A stretch of 64,000 bases of DNA, taken from positions 2,320 to 66,319 of the forward strand of contig JAFGMC010000011.1 in assembly GCA_016927735.1 (NCBI GenBank). Reading direction: 5' to 3'. Of this stretch, positions 17,179 through 26,231 are shown one piece after another. The notes beneath the pieces were generated by a model. The model did not search any database, had not been told where the DNA came from, and was given only the letters and a program-made list of their open reading frames with translations. Position numbers and translations under genes: made by a program. The first letter of the stretch is position 1. Each line of letters begins with the position of its first letter. The stretch is from Alphaproteobacteria bacterium (lineage in GTDB: Bacteria > Pseudomonadota > Alphaproteobacteria > Rs-D84).

Positions 17179-18945
17179 ATGTTTGGCAGAAGATTATCAG
17201 AAAGAGAAAGAAAACGACCAACACTAAAGGCGCGTTTTATTGCATTCTTGATAAACTGTTTTATGATTGTTGCTGCTGTTGTCGCAGTTTATGTATTAAT
17301 TGTATTTCTTCAAATGCCTTCACTGGATTCTATTCTGAAAGAAACTCGTCTGCCCGCGGTCACATTTTTGGATAATAATGGTCGTGAAATTCGCAGCAGT
17401 AACCGAATTATGGGAACACCTGTATCAACAAAAACGCTGCCACCATATGTTTGGCAGTCAATAGTTTCAATTGAAGATAAAAGATTTTTTGAACATGGTG
17501 CAATGGATCCACGTGGTATGACACGTGCATTGCTGTCTAATATGATACATGGTCGAATTGCAGCGGGGGGATCCTCTATAACCCAGCAAACCGCAAAAAA
17601 TGTTTTCTTGTCGCGTGATAAAAAAGTATCACGTAAAATTCAAGAAATGATTCTGTCGTATTGGTTGGAAAACAGATTTAATAAAAATCAGATTCTGGAT
17701 TTATATATGAACAGGGTATCACTGGTTGGTGGTTTGCGTGGGATTGATTCTGCCGCACGCGTATTATTTCAAAAATCAGCAATGGAACTTAATATTGCAG
17801 AATCTGCCCAGATTGCGGCGATGCTGAAAGCTCCAACAACATATAGTCCATTGAAAAACCCAGAAAAAAATATAACGCGGGCCCGTGTTATATTAAAAGA
17901 AATGGTTCGTCAGGAATATATAACATTGGATCAGGCACGCACTGCTGCTAAAATGATGCACCCTGCACAACCTGTGTCAGACACAAATATACATCGTTAT
18001 TGGACTGATTTTGTGATAGACGAAGTAGGATCAAGATTAGGCGATTTTAATTCAGATATCCGCGTATACACCACATTGGATATACCTTTGCAAGAGCAAG
18101 CAGCAGCGGTTGTTTCTAGAAGTGTTGATGGACATCAGGGTGCAGCAGTTGTAATGTCGCATGATGGTGCAATTCGCGCGATGGTGGGCGGTGCGGATTA
18201 TCAATCTAGTCAATTTAATCGTTGTTTATCTGTGCGTCAGCCCGGGAGTAGTTTTAAGCCAATAGTATATTTGGTTGCATTGGAAAAAGGTATGCGTCCA
18301 GATGGATATGTAAATGATTCACCATTTGTAATAGGTGACTATAACCCCAAGAATTATAACGAGAAGTATTATGGTGATATTTCACTTTCAACAGCGTTTT
18401 CAAAAAGTGTTAACTCTGTCCCATTAAAATTAACTGAAAAATATGGGATAGATGAAGTGTTATCAATGGCTGGCAGATTAGGTGTCGGTTCAAAACTGCG
18501 TCGTGAATATTCAACTGTGCTGGGCGCATCAGAAATGAGTTTGATGGATTTAACAACTATGTACAGTGTAATTTGGAATAATGGCAAATCTGTTCGTCCA
18601 TATTCTATTACAAAAATAACAACCCCAGATGGAAGAATTATATATGAAAGAAATCCATCAGATGCCATCAGATTGCTCAATTCTAATACAGTGATGTATA
18701 TGAATGAATTATTGTCAGATGTTGTAAAGCCATCAGGTACGGGACATCGTGCAGCAGCACCTGGTGTTCTGGGCGGTAAAACAGGTACCAGTAATGATAA
18801 TAGGGATGCTTGGTTTATAGGATCAACAAACGATTTGACAATTGGTGTTTGGGTCGGAAATGATGATTTTTCATCAATGGGTAAAAAAGTTACTGGGGGA
18901 ACAATCCCAGCTGAAATATTTAAACAAATAGTAATATCTAAATAA
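17179..18945 (+). CDS. Class A penicillin-binding protein (glycosyltransferase GT51 plus transpeptidase), short form
   Basis: An N-terminal TM segment, GT51 motifs SIEDKRFFEHGAMDPRGMTRA and GGSSITQQTAKN, and transpeptidase motifs SSFKP (SxxK) and KTGTSND (KTG). Confidence 0.9.
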   Translation: MFGRRLSERERKRPTLKARFIAFLINCFMIVAAVVAVYVLIVFLQMPSLDSILKETRLPAVTFLDNNGREIRSSNRIMGTPVSTKTLPPYVWQSIVSIEDKRFFEHGAMDPRGMTRALLSNMIHGRIAAGGSSITQQTAKNVFLSRDKKVSRKIQEMILSYWLENRFNKNQILDLYMNRVSLVGGLRGIDSAARVLFQKSAMELNIAESAQIAAMLKAPTTYSPLKNPEKNITRARVILKEMVRQEYITLDQARTAAKMMHPAQPVSDTNIHRYWTDFVIDEVGSRLGDFNSDIRVYTTLDIPLQEQAAAVVSRSVDGHQGAAVVMSHDGAIRAMVGGADYQSSQFNRCLSVRQPGSSFKPIVYLVALEKGMRPDGYVNDSPFVIGDYNPKNYNEKYYGDISLSTAFSKSVNSVPLKLTEKYGIDEVLSMAGRLGVGSKLRREYSTVLGASEMSLMDLTTMYSVIWNNGKSVRPYSITKITTPDGRIIYERNPSDAIRLLNSNTVMYMNELLSDVVKPSGTGHRAAAPGVLGGKTGTSNDNRDAWFIGSTNDLTIGVWVGNDDFSSMGKKVTGGTIPAEIFKQIVISK

Positions 18946-18978
18946 AACCATTTTTTTTAATGTCTTTTTTATGGTATA

Positions 18979-19965
18979 ATGATGCAAATGAGAATGAAAT
19001 TTGCAGGTCTTTTGACAATAATATCTTGCCTTTGCGCTGGTTCGGCCAGTGCTAATTGGCAGTACCCTGGACAATACGTTGGTGATGGTTGGTACCAGGA
19101 TAATGGTTCCCGTTTTGTTTTATCTTTTCGTGGTGGCGCATCTTTTATGGGTGGTTCGGTAAGTAATGAAGTTAATTCATTAACAACAGGGTATTATGTT
19201 AGTTCGGTTGATGGCAGCGTTATTTCCGAGGGATACTACTATGCTTGTACAGCGGCCGGTGGATGTGGCGACTTTGCATATGCTGGATTGGGTGATATTG
19301 CGAAATTGCCAGGTGCCAAGGATTTTTCAGAATATTCATTTGCGGCCGGTGCCAGTGTTGGTTTTACTGTTGAAAATTTCCCACAATGGCGTATGGAATT
19401 GGGCTGGGATCATATTTCAGAAACAGAATATAATGCAGCACCTTTGTTCGAAGGTGATCTTACACTCGAAGGTGGTCCAGTAGATAATGTTGTAGTCAGT
19501 GTAAAAAGCAGCAGTGCACAGTCTACTATAAATACCGATATTATCAGTGCAATGGCTTTTTATGATTTCTTTGACGGTATGCAAAAACCATTACACCAAA
19601 TGATTCCGTATATCGGTTTTGGTATGGGATATGCAGATATCAAAACAGTATTGAATATGGCTGACTTATACGGTGATTTGTCTTTGGATGTTGATTTGCA
19701 GAACTATGGTGAATTAGATAGTTATAATGTCATACAATTTTATAAATCAGAAAAATCCAGTTCTAATATTGCAGGTTTATTGGCAGTTGGATTTTCATAT
19801 GGTTTAAGTGAAAATATGTATTTGGATTTTGGTGCACGTTTGACTTGGGTTCCAGAAATTAAATGGGCATTATCTAATGAAGATGCAACCAAGACACGTG
19901 ATTGGTTTAGCGCAAAAAATGTTATGTACACAAATATTATGATGGGTATCAGATTTGAATTTTAA
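18979..19965 (+). CDS. Outer-membrane beta-barrel protein
   Basis: Signal peptide ...KFAGLLTIISCLCAGSASA|N and a C-terminal NIMMGIRFEF ending in Phe. Several in-frame Met codons make the exact start uncertain. Confidence 0.7.
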   Translation: MMQMRMKFAGLLTIISCLCAGSASANWQYPGQYVGDGWYQDNGSRFVLSFRGGASFMGGSVSNEVNSLTTGYYVSSVDGSVISEGYYYACTAAGGCGDFAYAGLGDIAKLPGAKDFSEYSFAAGASVGFTVENFPQWRMELGWDHISETEYNAAPLFEGDLTLEGGPVDNVVVSVKSSSAQSTINTDIISAMAFYDFFDGMQKPLHQMIPYIGFGMGYADIKTVLNMADLYGDLSLDVDLQNYGELDSYNVIQFYKSEKSSSNIAGLLAVGFSYGLSENMYLDFGARLTWVPEIKWALSNEDATKTRDWFSAKNVMYTNIMMGIRFEF

Positions 19966-19991
19966 AAACTGGGTTTATCCCAGTTTTTTTA
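19964..19991 (+). terminator. Intrinsic terminator
   Basis: ACTGGG-TTTAT-CCCAGT followed by TTTTTT. Confidence 0.75.
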
Positions 19992-20005
19992 TTTATAAAA
20001 AATTA

Positions 20006-20824
20006 TTATCTTTGTTTTTGAAAAACTCGTTTTTTTGCAATCATATTAGTAGTAGATGTGTCCTTTACAGGGTTAACCATCTTTGCATATTCAATAAAAA
20101 AATTTCTAGAAGATTTATCTGAAAGTATAATTTTATTTATTCTTGAAATGTCAGATTCATTTAAATATTTATTAAGATCAATTGTATTATTATCTATGTA
20201 AAGCACCAACATATCTTTGATTATATAATCCACAGATTCATCAGAAATATAAGAAGTTTTCATATTCTCTATGTTTTTACTTTTTGTGCAGAAAAAAGTT
20301 GCATGTTTACGGAAATCACTTTTATATACATCGTCATTCATAATAAAATAAGCAAACTCATCCATTCTTCTTATTAATAACCATTTCTTATCTGTATGGG
20401 TTAAAAACGAGTCATTAAGCGAAGCAATAACATCACTGCCAGCTATACAGCAAATTAATTCATCAATAACCCCCAATAAAAAAGAGTCTTCAATTTTATT
20501 TCTAAATGTATGTGCACCAAACATATAATTTTTATAATGATTCCATTCGTGTCGATTAATTTGTTTGTTTTCAAAATTATCTTCACCATAATAATATATT
20601 GTTTTAGTGTTTATTTTAAATCCACCAGATATTTCAGCAGAATCTTTTTTAATAAAAACTTTTTTTAATGGTCTGTTATCAGTAATTCGGGTTTTTGATG
20701 CGGGTAATGTATCGTTTGTTGTTTGTGCATTAGAAATCTTTGCTGTTATAATAGATATTGTCAGCATCATCCAAAATTTTAAATTAAAATTTTTATTTAT
20801 AAATTTAGATTCCATATTTTCCAC
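20006..20824 (-). CDS. Hypothetical secreted protein with an HExxH motif
   Basis: Signal-like N-terminus (KFWMMLTISIITAKISNA|QTT) and NRHEWNHYKNYMFGAH (HEWNH = HExxH). The 5' end overlaps the comM stop by 20 nt, so the start is uncertain. Confidence 0.5.
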   Translation of the reverse strand: MENMESKFINKNFNLKFWMMLTISIITAKISNAQTTNDTLPASKTRITDNRPLKKVFIKKDSAEISGGFKINTKTIYYYGEDNFENKQINRHEWNHYKNYMFGAHTFRNKIEDSFLLGVIDELICCIAGSDVIASLNDSFLTHTDKKWLLIRRMDEFAYFIMNDDVYKSDFRKHATFFCTKSKNIENMKTSYISDESVDYIIKDMLVLYIDNNTIDLNKYLNESDISRINKIILSDKSSRNFFIEYAKMVNPVKDTSTTNMIAKKRVFQKQR

Positions 20825-22319
20825 GATTTATTGGACGGTATGACAAAGCCTCGGCTAAGTCTTCCATTTCAATATTATCTGAATTACGCAGATCTGCAAT
20901 CGTTCGTGCCAGACGTTTTATTCTGTTATAACCACGTGCAGACATTCCCATTTTTTCAGCAGCGGCATTCAAAAATTGTATTAATTCATTATTTAAAACG
21001 ACTATATTTTCTAAATCTTTACCATCCAAATGTGCATTAACTTTGCCTTGGCGATTTAACTGTTTTATTCGCGCTGCAATAACGCGTTTTCTGATAATTG
21101 CGCTACTTTCGCCTTGCGCTTTATCATCGTTCATTTCCCATGGGTTGACTGCATCAACATCAACATGTAAATCAATTCTGTCCAGAAGTGGTCCGGATAT
21201 TTTATTCTGATATGCCTCGGCACATCTTGGCGCGCGACTGCATGCATTTTCTGGGTTTCCCAGGTGTCCACAAGGACACGGATTCATTGCAGCAATCAAT
21301 TGAAAACGTGCGGGATATGTTGCGTTTCGCTTTGCACGCGAAATCATAATCTTTCCACCTTCCATTGGTTGGCGTAAAATTTCCAAAGTTGTGCGACTGA
21401 ATTCGGGTAATTCATCCAGAAACAGAACCCCATTGTGTGCAAGTGATATTTCACCAGGACGTGCATCAGATCCGCCACCAGAAAGTGCGACAGCGCTGGC
21501 AGTATGATGAACACTGCGGAAAGGTCGTGTGAATACCAGGCTTTGTGAATTCAATTGCCCAGCAATAGAATATATAATGGATGATTCCAAAATTTCATCA
21601 GCAGTCATTTCCGGCATAATTCCTGGCAGTCGTGATGCAATCATTGTTTTACCAGAACCTGGGGGACCAATCATTAACATTGCGTGACCGCCAGCTGCTG
21701 CAATTTCCAATGCACGTTTGGCCGCGGTTTGTCCTTTGACCTCTGCCAAGTCACCAACGTTTTGTGAATTTCCAGTTGGATTTATTATTTGTGGAACTGG
21801 TAAAATTTGTGTCCCTTTGAAATGGTTTATAATTTCCAAAACATGATTTGCAGCAATAATATTTGTGTGTCCGGCCCAACGTGCCTCTGGTCCTTGGATG
21901 CTGGGACAGATTATTCCCAAATTATTATTGTTTGCCCAAACGCTGGCAGGCAGAACACCGGTTGTTTTTGCAATGCTGCCATTTAACCCAATTTCACCCA
22001 GAATAATGTATTTTGATAATTCGGATTCTGGCAAAATATTAAGACTGCATAAAATTCCACATAAAATTGGTAAATCAAAATGTGATCCTGATTTTTCAAC
22101 ATCCGCAGGGGATAAATTTACGGTTAATCTTTTTGGGGGCAGGGAAAGATTTAATGCAGATAAAACATTTCTAATTCGTTCTGCGGATTCTTTGACTGCA
22201 CGATCTGCCAGACCGATAATATTAAACTCAGGCTTGGAAAGACCGGAAGACATTTGGATTTGCACATCAATCTTGGTTGCATCCATACCATTAAAAATAA
22301 TAGAATTTAAAGAAATCAT
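20805..22319 (-). CDS. comM: YifB/ComM-family Mg-chelatase-like AAA+ ATPase
   Basis: An N-terminal Lon-protease-like domain, Walker A MLMIGPPGSGKTM, Walker B GVLFLDELPEF, and a C-terminal ChlI-like region with the Cys cluster AAMNPCPCGHLG. Confidence 0.9.
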   Translation of the reverse strand: MISLNSIIFNGMDATKIDVQIQMSSGLSKPEFNIIGLADRAVKESAERIRNVLSALNLSLPPKRLTVNLSPADVEKSGSHFDLPILCGILCSLNILPESELSKYIILGEIGLNGSIAKTTGVLPASVWANNNNLGIICPSIQGPEARWAGHTNIIAANHVLEIINHFKGTQILPVPQIINPTGNSQNVGDLAEVKGQTAAKRALEIAAAGGHAMLMIGPPGSGKTMIASRLPGIMPEMTADEILESSIIYSIAGQLNSQSLVFTRPFRSVHHTASAVALSGGGSDARPGEISLAHNGVLFLDELPEFSRTTLEILRQPMEGGKIMISRAKRNATYPARFQLIAAMNPCPCGHLGNPENACSRAPRCAEAYQNKISGPLLDRIDLHVDVDAVNPWEMNDDKAQGESSAIIRKRVIAARIKQLNRQGKVNAHLDGKDLENIVVLNNELIQFLNAAAEKMGMSARGYNRIKRLARTIADLRNSDNIEMEDLAEALSYRPINRGKYGI

Positions 22320-22401
22320 AAAACCACCGTTGTTTTGTCATATTAAAACTTGCACTTAGTTAATTCAAGGTCTAAAATGCACACGAAAAAAGGAAGTAAA
22401 G

Positions 22402-23280
22402 ATGCCAGCAAAAACTAAGAATGCGACCCGCGAATGGTTTAATACGATATTTTATGGGGCTTTGATTGCTATAATTTTCAGAAGTCTTTTGTTGGAACCT
22501 TTTAATATCCCATCTGGTTCTATGATTCCTACATTACAAGTTGGTGATCACATCTTTATTACAAAATGGTCATATGGTTATTCACGCAATTCATTTCCTT
22601 TTGGTTCTTGGAAATTATGGAATGGCAGAGTTATGGAAAAAAAGCCAACAGTTGGTGATGTAATTGTTTTTCGTAATCCGATAAATGAATCTTTGGATTA
22701 TGTAAAGCGTTTGATTGGTGAACCTGGAGATACAATTCAAATGATTTCCGGCAGATTGTATATAAATGGAAAACAGGTAGAGCGTGAAAATAAACGTCCA
22801 TATATAATTGCAAATTTGCCTAAATCATTGCGCAGTGTTGGATATTACAAAGATAATATATCAATCAAGGGAAATAAAATCTGGGTTGATAATATCCCAG
22901 CAGATTTTAATTATACAATTGAATATAAAAGCAATGATTTCTGTGATACCTATCCATCAGAATGTGATGTCTTTAATGCTAATGAATATACTGAAACTTT
23001 ACCAAATGGTGTAAAGCACAGTATAATTGAAGTATCTGACAATGCCAGATTTGATAATACACCAGTATTTAAAGTTCCAGAAAATCATTATTTCTTTATG
23101 GGTGATAATCGTGATAACAGTGGTGACAGCAGGGCAGATATTGGTTATATCCCAGCAGATAATATTTTAGGTAAGGTATGGTTTGTTTGGTATTCCCATA
23201 ATTATTATGCACCTATGGCAGCAATATGGACATGGGGTAACAAGATGCGTTGGGGCAGATTTGGTATGGGGATAAAATAA
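22402..23280 (+). CDS. lepB: Signal peptidase I
   Basis: An N-terminal TM segment, the catalytic Ser box IPSGSMIPTLQVGD, the Lys box YVKRLIGEPGD and GDNRDNSGDSR. Confidence 0.92.
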   Translation: MPAKTKNATREWFNTIFYGALIAIIFRSLLLEPFNIPSGSMIPTLQVGDHIFITKWSYGYSRNSFPFGSWKLWNGRVMEKKPTVGDVIVFRNPINESLDYVKRLIGEPGDTIQMISGRLYINGKQVERENKRPYIIANLPKSLRSVGYYKDNISIKGNKIWVDNIPADFNYTIEYKSNDFCDTYPSECDVFNANEYTETLPNGVKHSIIEVSDNARFDNTPVFKVPENHYFFMGDNRDNSGDSRADIGYIPADNILGKVWFVWYSHNYYAPMAAIWTWGNKMRWGRFGMGIK

Positions 23281-23281
23281 A

Positions 23282-23914
23282 TTGCAAAAACTTAATTACA
23301 AGTTCAAAGATGAAAACATTTTGAATCTGGCATTGACTCAAAGTGGTGCTGATGCGGTAAATAATAATGAACGATTAGAATTTTTGGGGGATCGTGTTCT
23401 GGGTTTATCAGTTGCAATTTTATTATTTGAAATGTTTCCGAATGAATCCGAAGGTGAATTGGCACGTCGTCATGCAGCATTGGTTTCAACTGAAACTTTG
23501 GCATGTGTCGCAATGAAATTTGGATTGGATAAAAGGGTTCGTCGTGGACATATGACAGGTGGTCGGGTTCAGCATATTTTAGCGAATGCCATGGAAGCTA
23601 TTTTGGGTGCAATTTATATAGATGGTGGATTTGAAAGTGCCAAAGATGTTATAAAAAACATATGGCGTGATATTGCATCTGCCGATTTGGTCGCCCCAAA
23701 AGATCCTAAAACAGCCTTACAAGAATTCGTTCAAAAGGAAGATAGTGGTACATTACCGTTGTATGAATATCTTGACCCTACTGGTGCATCGCATAATCCA
23801 GAATTTGTTGTTTCTGTCACGGCACTTGGAAAAACAGCAACCGGACGTGGTATATCTAAAAAGGCGGCAAGTACTGCTGCTGCCGAAGCTTTACTAAAAT
23901 CTCTTGCAATTTAG
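23282..23914 (+). CDS. rnc: Ribonuclease III
   Basis: RNase III signature NERLEFLGDRVLG, plus AMEAILGAIYIDGG and a C-terminal dsRBD. It has a TTG start 2 nt after the lepB stop. Confidence 0.92.
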   Translation: MQKLNYKFKDENILNLALTQSGADAVNNNERLEFLGDRVLGLSVAILLFEMFPNESEGELARRHAALVSTETLACVAMKFGLDKRVRRGHMTGGRVQHILANAMEAILGAIYIDGGFESAKDVIKNIWRDIASADLVAPKDPKTALQEFVQKEDSGTLPLYEYLDPTGASHNPEFVVSVTALGKTATGRGISKKAASTAAAEALLKSLAI

Positions 23915-23959
23915 AGATTTCACGGTTAGAATTCCCGTTGAAATACAAAGGATAAATTT

Positions 23960-24331
23960 ATGTTTTCTATATTATTGGTTTTATTGATAATTGTTTCAGT
24001 GTTTATGATTGGTTTGATTTTATTACAAAAGTCCGAGGGCAGTGGTATGTCCGGTTCATCGGCCGCATCTATGTTTGGTGGGGTCTTGACAGGCGCATCT
24101 GCTGGGAACTTTTTGACCAAAACAACCGCATGGCTTGCCACTATATTTTTTATTTTATGTGCATTGCTGGCAATTGTTGCATCAAAGTCTGATATTTCAT
24201 CACGTCAGAGTGAATTGCGTAATGAATTAATGCAACGTGATGCTGCCCCAACACCAACACCAGCATCAGAAACAGAATCAGCACCAGTATCTGTTCAAGA
24301 ACCTGTGTCGGTACCAGTTTCAGTAAATTAA
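23960..24331 (+). CDS. secG: Preprotein translocase subunit SecG
   Basis: The N-terminus MFSILLVLLIIVSVFMIGLILLQKSEGSGMSG is typical of SecG. There is a second TM segment and a Pro/Ser/Val-rich tail. Confidence 0.88.
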   Translation: MFSILLVLLIIVSVFMIGLILLQKSEGSGMSGSSAASMFGGVLTGASAGNFLTKTTAWLATIFFILCALLAIVASKSDISSRQSELRNELMQRDAAPTPTPASETESAPVSVQEPVSVPVSVN

Positions 24332-24358
24332 AAAAACCGCCGAAATGGCGGTTTTTAT
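24330..24358. terminator. Bidirectional intrinsic terminator
   Basis: AAAAAAA-ACCGCC-GAAAT-GGCGGT-TTTT lies between secG and the convergent small gene. Confidence 0.75.
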
Positions 24359-24369
24359 TTTTGAACAAT

Positions 24370-24573
24370 TTATTTTTTTGAACCAGACTTTTTCTTAAAT
24401 TCTTTATACAATTTGTCTACGCATATGTATGCAATAAGTGCAGATGCGGCTGTAATTAAACCAGCAAACAATCCATCCGAGAATATAGCAAACAAAGCAA
24501 AAGATATAAGCAAGATGATAGTATATTCAATATTTCTTGCCATTACACTCATCATTTTTTCCAAGTTATTCAT
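24370..24573 (-). CDS. Hypothetical small membrane protein (two TM segments)
   Basis: 67 aa, with hydrophobic segments YTIILLISFALFAIF and LFAGLITAASALIAYI and a basic tail KKKSGSKK. Confidence 0.45.
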   Translation of the reverse strand: MNNLEKMMSVMARNIEYTIILLISFALFAIFSDGLFAGLITAASALIAYICVDKLYKEFKKKSGSKK

Positions 24574-24602
24574 TTCTCACTCCTTATTATTTATTTTACA
24601 TA

Positions 24603-25367
24603 TCAGAAAATAATTTGTCCACCCAGTTTTGCAGTTTTTGGGATAGGACCAAAAGAAGAATTACGACTGATGTAAATATTTCCTGTTATTGTAAAGTCGC
24701 CGCAGAATTTTAACATTTCTACATTACGCAACAATAAATCACCTTCGATGTGTATATCACAAGGCAGAGTATACTTACGCATATTTTGTAAATACACTTT
24801 ACCATTGATTTTTATACCAGATGACAGTTTATCGCTTGGTTTTATACCATCAATAATAATATCACCATACATATTGTATTCTTTCTTTGCTGATTTAACC
24901 AGCTTGATTTTATCAGAATTACGGCAAGATACCCTCTTCAAAGGCAAAGTAATTGTTGTGCGTACAATTTTTCTTTGAATACGTTCAGTTTTTCTAAGAA
25001 TCGCAGGATTTGTTTTATCAACTGTTATATCTGTTGTCGTGATTGTCATAGGGGCTTCATCAGATGCAACCAATACAAATTCTTTATTACGATATCCCAA
25101 AATATTCATTATTAATACAGAAAATAAAACAATGATTGTAATCAACAGGGTCAGGTTTATCATACCGATTAAATCGATAAGGCGCAGCCAATGCCATATT
25201 TTATTACACATTGTTTTTGTTGCACGAATTGGCCAAGAAACGATATTCCAAAACTTTGTCCAGAATTTGGATATATCATTTTTGTTTTTTTTCTTTGCTT
25301 TGGTCGCTGCATCTTTGCTTTTTTCAACACGACGCGAAGCAAGTTTTAATTTCAATTTTTTGAACAT
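24603..25367 (-). CDS. Hypothetical membrane-anchored protein
   Basis: A basic N-terminus, one TM segment (LIGMINLTLLITIIVLFSVLIMNIL), and a C-terminal region with short beta-repeat-like segments (GDIIIDG, IKINGKV, IHIEGDL, FTITGNI). An AAGGTGAG SD precedes the ATG. Confidence 0.55.
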   Translation of the reverse strand: MFKKLKLKLASRRVEKSKDAATKAKKKNKNDISKFWTKFWNIVSWPIRATKTMCNKIWHWLRLIDLIGMINLTLLITIIVLFSVLIMNILGYRNKEFVLVASDEAPMTITTTDITVDKTNPAILRKTERIQRKIVRTTITLPLKRVSCRNSDKIKLVKSAKKEYNMYGDIIIDGIKPSDKLSSGIKINGKVYLQNMRKYTLPCDIHIEGDLLLRNVEMLKFCGDFTITGNIYISRNSSFGPIPKTAKLGGQIIF

Positions 25368-25415
25368 TTGCTCACCTTTTTATAAATTATGTCCTAAAAA
25401 TATTATTTGTCAAGT

Positions 25416-25452
25416 AATTTGTCAAAAAATAAATATAATAAAAAAACACCCA
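25416..25452. repeat. 37-nt perfect direct repeat, copy 1
   Basis: AATTTGTCAAAAAATAAATATAATAAAAAAACACCCA is identical to 25983..26019. It covers a terminator arm plus T/A-run and a TTGACA (minus-strand) box. Confidence 0.9.
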
Positions 25453-25480
25453 GGTTGGGTGTTTTAAATAAATTAATTGA

Positions 25481-25933
25481 TTATTTGGTTTTTGTGTACA
25501 GGTTCTGCAATTTCATCACAGTATTTCTGAATTTATCACTGTTGTTATACAACAGTGTCATGGTTGAATCATTTAATGTTTCTGAATGTGTTGATGAAGC
25601 GACTCTTCTCTCGAAATTTACAACATCCATAAATATATAAGATGAATCGAATAAATTCTGTGGTTGACCAATAATAGCGGTTGCTTGATTATAAACCATA
25701 TCAAAATAGTCTGTAATATCATCAGGATTTGTTTTTGCAGGTAAAATAGAAGTACGCACAGCAGAAGCTTGATTTACACTGTCTGCACGTAAAAAATCTA
25801 TCTGTTCTTTAATTGGATCTTTTACATCATCTTTTTCACAAGATGCCATAAATGCGGATACCAGAATAATTAATAATGCTTTTTTTATATTATAAGGCAT
25901 AACTCTGTAATATTTGAATTTATTTTTAAACAT
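25481..25933 (-). CDS. Hypothetical lipoprotein
   Basis: Signal peptide with a lipobox: ALLIILVSAFMAS|C (L-x-x-C type). 150 aa, no recognised domain. Confidence 0.6.
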   Translation of the reverse strand: MFKNKFKYYRVMPYNIKKALLIILVSAFMASCEKDDVKDPIKEQIDFLRADSVNQASAVRTSILPAKTNPDDITDYFDMVYNQATAIIGQPQNLFDSSYIFMDVVNFERRVASSTHSETLNDSTMTLLYNNSDKFRNTVMKLQNLYTKTK

Positions 25934-25963
25934 CGTACAAACCTTTTAAATATATATATAAGA

Positions 25964-25992
25964 ACTATAAGCACTGATATATAATTTGTCAA
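25964..25992 (-). promoter_or_regulatory. Predicted sigma70-type promoter of the lipoprotein gene
   Basis: The minus strand reads TTGACA (25992-25987), a 17-nt spacer, then TATAGT (25969-25964), about 30 nt upstream of the ATG at 25933. Confidence 0.5.
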
Positions 25993-26019
25993 AAAATAAA
26001 TATAATAAAAAAACACCCA
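25983..26019. repeat. 37-nt perfect direct repeat, copy 2
   Basis: Identical to 25416..25452. It overlaps the terminator that follows tRNA-Gln and the -35 box of the lipoprotein promoter. Confidence 0.9.
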
Positions 26020-26039
26020 CATGGGGCGTTTTTGAATTT

Positions 26040-26113
26040 TGGTTGGGGCACCTGGATTCGAACCAAGACCAACAGAGTCAGAGTCTGTTGTTCTACCATT
26101 AAACTATGCCCCA
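26040..26113 (-). tRNA. tRNA-Gln (anticodon CUG)
   Basis: Reverse complement: TGGGGCATAGTTTAATGGTAGAACAACAGACTCTGACTCTGTTGGTCTTGGTTCGAATCCAGGTGCCCCAACCA. It has the acceptor pair TGGGGCA/TGCCCCA, anticodon loop CT-CTG-AC, a GGTTCGAATCC T-arm and an encoded CCA. Confidence 0.92.
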
Positions 26114-26231
26114 ATGCGCTGCGCATTATAAACAGCATAATTTTGATTTGCAATTAAAATTGTTGTTTTAAAGGTAAAAAAGTGCAAAAGTTAAGTGTAA
26201 TAAACCTTTAATTTATAGGATAGGATAACGT

